This document shows, in pieces, positions 55,281 through 64,000 of a stretch of 64,000 nucleotides of DNA. The notes beneath the pieces were generated by a model. It saw only the letters and a program-made list of their open reading frames with translations, was not told the DNA's origin and did no database searches. The stretch lies in contig OX597816.1 in the NCBI GenBank assembly GCA_951406725.2, forward strand, positions 163,432,001 through 163,496,000, given 5' to 3'. The translations under genes and the position numbers were made by a program. Source of the DNA: Octopus vulgaris (taxonomy: Eukaryota). The stretch's first letter is position 1. Each line of letters opens with the position of its first letter.

Positions 55281-56157
55281 ATGGATAGGAGTTGCATGCT
55301 AACAGGCAGTGATTCCGAATTTGAGGAGTTTTCAACAGAAAATATCGAGATATCAAAAAAAAAAAAGAATGAGTGAAGTACAAAAGCATGTGATATTTGA
55401 GAATGAATTGGATATTTCTGTATCCGATACTGAAAGCAGCGATTCTGAAACTGAAATCAATAGCGAAAGCGAGGACGATTTTACACCAGAATGGAGTAAA
55501 AAATTTTTTTAATATTTTTATTAAGAATTTTTCTGAGGAAACAGGATCTACTCATAGGCTTGCTCAGGAAGTGAAACCGTTAGACTTTTTTTTCCCCCAT
55601 TTTTTTCCAGTAAGGTTGTTTGAAGCCATCACTGAAAGAAACCGTTGCTGAAGAATATAAACAAATTGGAAAAAAAGATAACTTGTGGTTTCCCACAACA
55701 GTAGAATATATACGGGCATTTTTTACCATAATTATTATTATAGGTATAAGACAATTATCCTGGATTACAAATTACTGGAGCAATCAGGAACCTTTTGGAG
55801 ATCAGTACGTTTCCAGTAGTATGTCACGAATAGGATTCGCGAAATTGAACCAGTAATTGCATGTGAGAGACACTAGCAGTACCCCAGTACGTAGAGAACC
55901 AAACTTTGATCCCTTTTCTTAAAAATAAGACCCCTCATCGACAGCATTCAAAATGCATATAAAACACGTAGCAACCGTGACAGATACTTATCCGTTCCAT
56001 GAATGTATGGTGGTGTATAAAGGAAGGGTACGCTTCTGACAGTATATGCCCGAAAAGCAAATACTGAGTACTGTTGTGGGTTTAGTTTTTATACTGGGAA
56101 AAGAGACAATTATGTTAGTCAGCATGGCCTAGGATACAATGTGGTCTGGAATTTATG
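55281..56157 (+). pseudogene. piggyBac transposase remnant (PGBD-like), frameshifted
   Basis: Acidic N-terminus, 'PLDFF', 'WFPTTVEYIRAFF..IIIGI...NYWS...MSRIGF...LH', 'KIRPLID', 'ECMVVYKGR...QYMPEK', 'YTGK..HGLGYNVV'. Confidence 0.9.
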
Positions 56158-56284
56158 ACTTTCGTACCATATATGCGTGTGTATGTATATATGTGTCCAT
56201 GTTTATGTATGTGCGTTTTATTTTTCATCCTAGAAGTGTTTTAGTTGCAGCGATATTGGGTTACCCCTTTGGTGGGCTCAGTCG

Positions 56285-56571
56285 GACAAATTGACCCCAG
56301 TACTTATGATTTTTGATTTTCTTTTACGCCCATTCATGTTTTTTTTATGGAACAGCTATGTAGCGGGGATGTAAACAATCCAACACCGGTTGTCAAACGG
56401 GAGTGGAGGACAATGGCGGGCTTCTTTCAGTTTCCGTCAACAAACTCTATTCATAAGGATTTGGTCGACCTAAGACTATACTAGAAGATATTTGCCCAAG
56501 GTGCTATGTAATGAAACTGAACTCGGAACCTTGTGATTTAGAAGCACATTTCTTATTTCACAGCTACGCCT
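56285..56571 (-). mobile_element. SINE family B, diverged, without internal microsatellite
   Basis: GGGCTTCTTTCAGTTTCCGTC and TTGCCCAAGGTGC motifs. Confidence 0.75.
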
Positions 56572-58490
56572 ATAAATTCTATGCATTTTCTTCCTTGTTC
56601 CCCACATTAAAATCAAACTTCTAATCTCGTCATGATTATCTCCCTTGGTATAACTGACCATCAGCGCACACCAGATGTTTCCTCTTACGTTTAAACAGTC
56701 TATTAAAGCATTAGGCATTGGAGAAAAAATGATGATGGTTACGCATAGGTTATGTTTTGAGAAAGAATGAGAGAGAAAAACAGCAACATAAACGTTCAAG
56801 TGAGAAAACATCTGGAAAAGGCGAACAGAGGACAATAAAAGGGCAAACACTGAAAAGAAAGGATTTACTGAAAGCCAGAAAAGCGGGATCCAGAGAAGAA
56901 TATAGCTCAACAGATTGGTCAAAGATAATGAAATATTTTATGGAAGGCCTTGCAAGCTTTGTATGTCACTGACCATACTAAGAATTTTTAAGTGACAGGA
57001 ATGTTTGCACATCGGTATTGATAGGAGCCATTGTGCAAATAGATATATTTGATGTGAAGCAAGTGTGTATAATTTGTAGTGTTACGAGGTGCTGGTTATT
57101 TATTCTCTGGTTGCTGTGTTTGGTCACAGGCCGCGTGTCTATGATGAACGAAGAACACATCGTGAACAGTTGACAGAAGCTTTATTTCCTGCTCATAGAA
57201 TCTTCTATGACCGTCTTTGAATGGAAAATACAGACAACAAGTTTTAGATATTGGGTGAGACTAACTCTGTAGATATAACAAACTAGTTGGTTCGAATAGA
57301 TCTGTGGTTACGCTGTAGCCACTGGAGAAATATCGTGCTAGATTTTTTTATGATAAATCTGCATCCTCTGTCTGCTCGGTTAGAGAACAGAAATGTGAGG
57401 ATAAAGTATTTAAAACTGTTGCGCATGCTGAATCTGAATCATCCTCGGCTGGAGAATGAAGACGAGAATGTCACCGCGACAGGATGAAGACGAGAATGTC
57501 ACCGCAACAGGTTCCACACTCTGACGGTTAGTGCCAAAAACTCGCCAATGTATAAGCCTTGTTATAAGGTTATAGAGAAGTTCGAATCACGTGATGGCTT
57601 CATGCTGACTGGTCAGTTAGTCGGCCGATCACGTGAAATGGCTATGGCTAAGCCGTGACATTTACTCGGCTATTTCAACGATTCGGTTTCGAATCTGCTA
57701 CAATTGTAAATAAAACCCAATTTTGAGCAAACATATGACGGTCTGTTTCGACAAATGTTTTCCTAAACTTCACAAGTTCGACCGAGTCCGTATCCTATGA
57801 AAGACAATAATGGCGAAGCTGTGATATTTTTCTCCGATGTGGGATTTTTGCTTCTCGACAATGCGTTTAATCTTTATTATAGTCATGTAGCCTGAACAAA
57901 GAATAGACATAACAAGGACGGACAACACAAAGCATGGGGTACATATAACGAAGGATAAATATGAAATGGAATATTTATAATGAATAGAATGGAATGGCAC
58001 ACGAGTCCCCCAAAGCTCGCAGTTTCGTTTTACTGTTCTTTTATACAGTTTATAATATTTTTTTAAAATTTATCATCTGTTAAAAACTCCATCAATTCTT
58101 CCTGTTCAACAACATTCGGCAGACTCTCATAACGGACGTACACTCCTGATTTCATTATACTTCTAGTAAACAATTCTTCCATTCTTTCCGTTCGGTCTTT
58201 GTCCAATATAACACAGCTTTCTGATAACTATAAAACATTTTCGGGTCCAATTTAACTCGTATTAACCCCTTCATTTTGGCCAACCCCTTTTCTAATTCCA
58301 TCTCTGAGTTTCTTTGATGAATATAAAGTTTAGAATATGAAGTGAGTTGTGTTCCTTACGTCATTCCATTATAAATATTTGTATAGTCCAAAGTTTTAAT
58401 GTTAGATTTGATAAAGGTTATGTTCCAGTGAAGCAACATAGAATCGGTGTGTTTATGACGCATCTCTTAAGTCATGATGATGATGATGTG

Positions 58491-58554
<64 letters not shown>

Positions 58555-58857
58555 GTGTTTATGTGTGTGCGTGTGGTGTGATGTGCATATCTATATGTGT
58601 ATAGTTATATATTTATGTGTGTGTGTGTGTGTGTGTGTTTGTATGCGTAATTTCGCCATTTGTTACCTTCTAGCAGCAAAATCGTCCAACGTTTGGCTCA
58701 CAGACGCAGTGTTACCTTTCGCTGCTGCCATCACACTAACACTTGGTCGCACTCTTGTCTCTCAGCTTTTCCATCATATTCTGTTTCCTTTCTACAATGT
58801 TCCACACTGTCTTCCCACCACAATTCTTCATCCCTCTATAAATCTTTCCGGACACAG

Positions 58858-59017
58858 TTCTTCTTCTTCTTCTTCTTCTTCTTCTTCTTCTTCTTCTTCT
58901 TCTTCTTCTTCTTCTTCTCCTCCTCCTCCTCTTCCTTCTGCTCCTCCTCCTCCTCCTACTCCTCCTCCTCCTTCTCCTTCTCCTTCTCCTCCTCCGCCCC
59001 CCTCCTCCTCCTCCTTC
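58858..59017. repeat. (TTC)n(TCC)n array
   Basis: Direct inspection. Confidence 0.97.
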
Positions 59018-59947
59018 ATTACACAACCATTAAAAATCCTATTGAATACAACAACCATTCTGGTTAAAGGACTTTAAAGTCATGATTTCAACCTTTTCAG
59101 GCTCTCAAACGCTCACACTTTCATTTAATCGAAAATATTTCAGATTCCGTTCCTTGTATTCTCAATATTTCCCATTTGGCTTGTCCGTAAAATATTTCCA
59201 CACATTTCCTAGCTTTTTAGAAGAATATAATCTCTTTGATATTTACTTATGAACAGGTTTCGATTGTGTCATCTTTGACGACGATATAGCTACAATACAT
59301 ATTTTGCATTTTAACCGTTTCTGTTTGTCACTAGCAATCTCCAGTAAAACTCTTGGCGAATATTCTCTTTAGTTGGTTCACGTTGAATCCTATTTCATTA
59401 TTAATGCGAAAATTCGTATTCATTTCTCTTTTATCTCGTTCCCTTATATTACTTTTCCAGGGTTCTGTGTTGACAGGTTTTCATCCCTTAAAATTTTATT
59501 CGCTACACTTTTTCATGACAAATTCAATTCGCTTGTCATCGCTAACTTTCTTTGTTGTTCTTGATAAAACCAAGAAGTGAATATTATTTCTGGCACACGG
59601 TTTCAAATTATCCATATATAAAAGGTATCTGTCAAAGCTATTAGATACGATGTAACCTATATCCAATTATGTGATGGTGAATTGAGAAGCATCTCCGAAA
59701 AGGGATCAAGCTGGAGGGGTGCTCATCTTTGAAACATTCAATTTGATATTAATACTTTATTACTCTTTTATTACATCCACATTTGATATGCAGTTTTATT
59801 GCTCTGACAGAAAACTATTCCTATTTACTGTATTCTATATAAAACCGATCACTCCAAAATCAGTAACTCAGAAACATTTGTCCAGATCCTACGGAGTGAG
59901 AAGAACTGGAAGAGCTACGTTTATGGGGCTATCTAGCCATCATTATG

Positions 59948-60088
59948 AAGGCGAGTGGCCCAGTGGTTAGCGTGTTGTTCTCGCGATCGTAAGGTTTCGC
60001 GTTCGATTTTTGGACCGAGTGGTGTGTTTTGTCTTTGAACGAGACATATCATTCCACATTTCTCCTGTTTATTCAGCTGTAGATAAGC
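59948..60088 (+). mobile_element. tRNA-derived SINE head related to family C
   Basis: GTGGCCCAGTGGTTAGCG A box and GTTCGAT B box. Confidence 0.65.
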
Positions 60089-60399
60089 ACCATCCGACTG
60101 CAAGTGCTGTCTTTTTGCTTTGTCTCAATAAATCTGCGATGTTCCGCTGGCTAAGTGAGGCCGAGACGGTATCTATGTCTGCTCCTGACTTCAAAGGCAC
60201 CGAAACAATTAGTGAAAGCATGATACATGATACCGTGTCAGACTCAATTCCAGGTGACATTTATTAATAAATTCACGAAGCTGGATGTATCTTTACACAT
60301 CCTTTTCAATAAATTCTGCTCACGGCCTAAAATTTTTAGAAAGCTTCGGGCAAGTCATTAATCATCGTTAATCATCAATCTCAGTATTTGACTGGGATT

Positions 60400-60706
60400 T
60401 TTATTGAACCGAAAGAAATAAACGGCAAAGTTGACTTCAGTGGGATCTGAACTCAGAACATGTTGTGCAATCCCGAGAGGATGAAAGGCAAGGTCGACCT
60501 CGGCGGAATTTGAACTCAGAACGTACAGATAGACGAAAACTACAATATATATTAATACGAAAACAAACAGAGCGTCGAGCTGGCAGAATCGTTAGCACGC
60601 TGGGCAAAATGCTTAGCGGTATTATGTCCATCTTTATGTTCAGAGTTCAAATCCCGCTGAGGTTGACTTTTCCTTTCGGGTTCGATAAAAATAAGAACTA
60701 GTTGAG
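60400..60706. mobile_element. SINE family A fragments, head to head
   Basis: Minus fragments 60400-60545; plus copy 60575-60706. Confidence 0.75.
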
Positions 60707-62011
60707 CATAAACATAGATGTATAATATATACTGTGTTTATTAAATAATATCGCAAACCAGCACGGAAAAAACATCTATGCTAGAAAAGAAGCTACGCAA
60801 TACCTGAGGATGTCAAAAAGCGGTGATATTTTATTTTAGAAAATCGATATATTTCAGTGGCTGGGACGTAGCACTATGGTCTTACAGAGCCCAACATTAT
60901 CGTTCAAAATCGAATCTAGTCATCACTCCTGAGGACTATTTCAACTACAACGTAGACATTGATTTTCAGAGTCCTCCTCCTTCGACCCCACATAATCATC
61001 ATCAACATCATCATCTTTTAATGTTCCCTTTTTCATGCTTGCATGGGTCGGACGGAGTTTTTTGCGGTGAATTTCTCTACGGATAGATGCCTTTCATGTC
61101 ATCAACCCTCTATTTCGTCCCCTGGCCAAAAATTGGTAACGAAAGACACACTTCCATAAAGGGGACATTCTCTCATATCTGTATATATGTATGTATGTAT
61201 GCATGTATGTATGTATGTATGTATGTATGTATGTATGTATGTATGTATGCATGTATGCATGTATGTATGCATATATGTATGCATGTATGTATGCATGTAT
61301 GTATGCATGTATGTATGTGTGCATGTATGTATGCATGTATGCACGTATGTATGTTATTCAGTTTTATTTCAAGATTTCTTGCCAATAGAGAAAGAACCGG
61401 TTTCTAACCAAGATCCAAGGCTCCTTCATTGAAATTTCAACATCAACAACAGGGTATTTTTGTTTATATGTATGTATGTTTCCATGTATATGTGCAGATT
61501 TGTATGTATTCTCATGCATATAGTTGCATATCTAGACATGCTCATATATATTTAAATTATAAACTTCTGGAAAGTTTTACAGATTTTTACAGTTCCTGTG
61601 ATGGATTGGATCTATAGTCTTCGAATTAGCTTTCTCCTTTCTGTTTTTCAGAAGACTATTTTCTCAAGATTGATATTTATTTAGGCAGTATGTTACATAT
61701 CCCAGGGCCTCATTAATAACAGGTATAAATCTGAACTTTTAATCCGGATAGAGTAACTGCAGACTTCTCAATAGTTCAGCATGCGTATACATACATGTAT
61801 GTATGTATGTATGTATGTATGTATGTATGTATGTATTTATGTATGTATGTATGTATGTATCAATGCAACACATACGCATGATCTTAACCGTACTGCTTCC
61901 TCGAAAGAAATATTTTTATTTATTTTTAGTAAATTCGAATTCATTAACTCCAAGAATCATGTCAATGTACTTCCCACTCCCTTCCTCCTTTTATCACGGT
62001 TAGAAATCATT

Positions 62012-62059
<48 letters not shown>

Positions 62060-62213
62060 AAGCAGAATTTGTAGTGGCGGCAGCAGCAGCAGTAGTAGAA
62101 GTACTAGTAGCAGCAGTAGCAACACCAGCAGCAGCTGTAGTGGCAGCAGCAGTAGCAACAGCAGTAGTAATAGTAGTAACAGCAGCAGCAGCAGCAGCAG
62201 CAGTAGCAGTAGC

Positions 62214-62254
<41 letters not shown>

Positions 62255-62278
62255 CAGTAGTGATAGTAGTAGTAGTGA

Positions 62279-62329
<51 letters not shown>

Positions 62330-62330
62330 C

Positions 62331-62365
<35 letters not shown>

Positions 62366-62482
62366 CAGCAGCAGTGGCAGCAGTGGCAGCAGCAGCAGTA
62401 GCAGCAGTAGTAGTAGTAGCAGCAGCAGCAGTAGTGATAGTAGTAGTAGTGATAGTAGTAGTAGTAGTAGTAGTAGTAGTAT
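62012..62482. repeat. (GTA/GCA)n array
   Basis: Direct inspection. Confidence 0.97.
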
Positions 62483-63016
62483 AGCAGCAAGAGCAGCTGC
62501 ACACGGCCAGCCAGCATCCAGGGATGTTGATTGTACCTGACATCAATAAAACCGAGTCGAATTACCTTGGAGATTTGCATGACACGTCACTTCCTGTTAA
62601 GATTTCAGACGTAATCTTAGTGGTGCAAGTAGTTTTGGCGGTAGCGGCAGCGGCGGCGGTGATGGTGGTGGTGGTGGTGGTGGTGTTGCAAAGAGATATG
62701 TGTGTGTCTGTATCAAGTGGTAGTTCGGTGGGGGATTCGGGGTTGCAGTTTGTGATTATCGTTCTTTTTTGTAAGCAAATGAAGCTGATGGTGGTGGTGG
62801 TGGTGGTGGTGGTGGTGGTGACGATGGTCGTAATACTAGAGACAGTAAAAGCGGGAGGCGGTTAAAATGCATATTGCATAGTTGCACAGACAATATAAGT
62901 CATATACATACATATGCGCGCGCGCGTGTGTGTGTGTATAAACACTCACAGATACACATGAATATATACAAACAAATACACACACAGCTAGATATATGTG
63001 TGTGACTGTTCATATC

Positions 63017-63107
<91 letters not shown>

Positions 63108-63608
63108 AAAATGAGGGTGAAAAAATTGGATGTTAATTTAATAACATCAATTTAAATACCAGTGGTCTAGCGCATAAAAGACTGAGATTCAGTAAAGACT
63201 ATATATATATATATATATATATATTTATACATACGTCACCATGGAAAAGTACTCAATATATAATTTAGAATGTGATTATTTCATTAGTAATGGAAGATTC
63301 TTGAATCGTGACTGAGTTTCAAGTGTCAGGCCATTAAATCAATTGACGTAAGAAAACAGCGTGACAATACATAAGCAAAAATATTCACAAGTACATCGAT
63401 ATTTGATCTATTAGCAAAACAAGTTTTAGAAAATGCATGTGTGTGTGAGTGAGTGTGTTCAGAATATTTGAAATATATAACATCATCATTCATTTCCGTG
63501 TTGTTTTAATGTCTTTACCATGAGTATAAGAGTGAGTCCTGTTATTGAAGTTTTTGTATTGATGAATAATTGAGCTTTTTTTTTAAGCTAAGCGTATGAC
63601 CATATTAA

Positions 63609-63960
63609 GGCGGCGAACTAGCAAACTCGTTATCGCGGCAGAGAAAATGTTTTGCGGCATTTCGCTAAGCATTTGAGCTCAGGACGTTTTTATCTACTAA
63701 GTTCAAATTCCGCTGAAGTCGACTTTGCTTTCAGACTCGATAAAATAAATACCTTTAGAGCATATGACCCTCTCCTGAAAAAAATGTCTGGTGTTCTGCC
63801 AAAATTAGAAAGAATTAATATTATTTGAGTGGCGAGCTGGAAAAATCCTAAGAGCGAAGGACAAAATTCTCAGCGTTATTTTTTCCCGCCACATCTTCTG
63901 TGCCTTTCGTATTATCCGGGGTGGATAAAATATGTAACAGCTGAACACTGGGATTAAGGT
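63609..63960 (+). mobile_element. Two diverged SINE family A copies in tandem
   Basis: GGCGGCGAACTAGCAAACTCGTTA and GGCGAGCTGGAAAAATC heads. Confidence 0.65.
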
Positions 63961-64000
63961 CATCCCCTTACTATTTTCTCCTACCCCGGATAAAAAAATA

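Noticed and set aside
56740-56985. Possible RTE 3' end
   Set aside because: Only weak resemblance ('LWKALQALYVTDH'); too decayed to call.
62007-62580. Mucin-like Thr/Ala ORF
   Set aside because: (GTA/GCA)n microsatellite with no supporting flanking domain.

Overview
AT-rich, microsatellite-saturated eukaryotic non-coding DNA. The tRNA-derived SINE families and repeat landscape resemble an octopus/coleoid cephalopod (inference, not proven). I found no credible host protein-coding exon; almost all listed ORFs are translations of simple repeats. The window is a mosaic of decayed mobile elements: Penelope-like retroelements (PLE; RT and GIY-YIG remnants), R4/Dong-type restriction-like-endonuclease LINE 3' ends in (TAA)n, RTE 3' ends, mariner, piggyBac and hAT remnants, Helitrons, MITEs/foldbacks and many SINEs. 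The strongest unannotated signal is about 11 type-I hammerhead ribozyme motifs (CUGANGA...GAAA...UH with stems I-III and often a palindromic stem III). They sit in several unrelated short elements, mostly inside (TA)n/(TTA)n tracts, and four of them share a U4-to-C core variant. Other notable structures are a 520-bp near-perfect inverted repeat bracketing a 21-bp minisatellite with 84-bp higher-order structure, and a foldback whose arms each carry a tRNA-like unit. All coordinates, alignments and folds were done by eye and boundaries are approximate.
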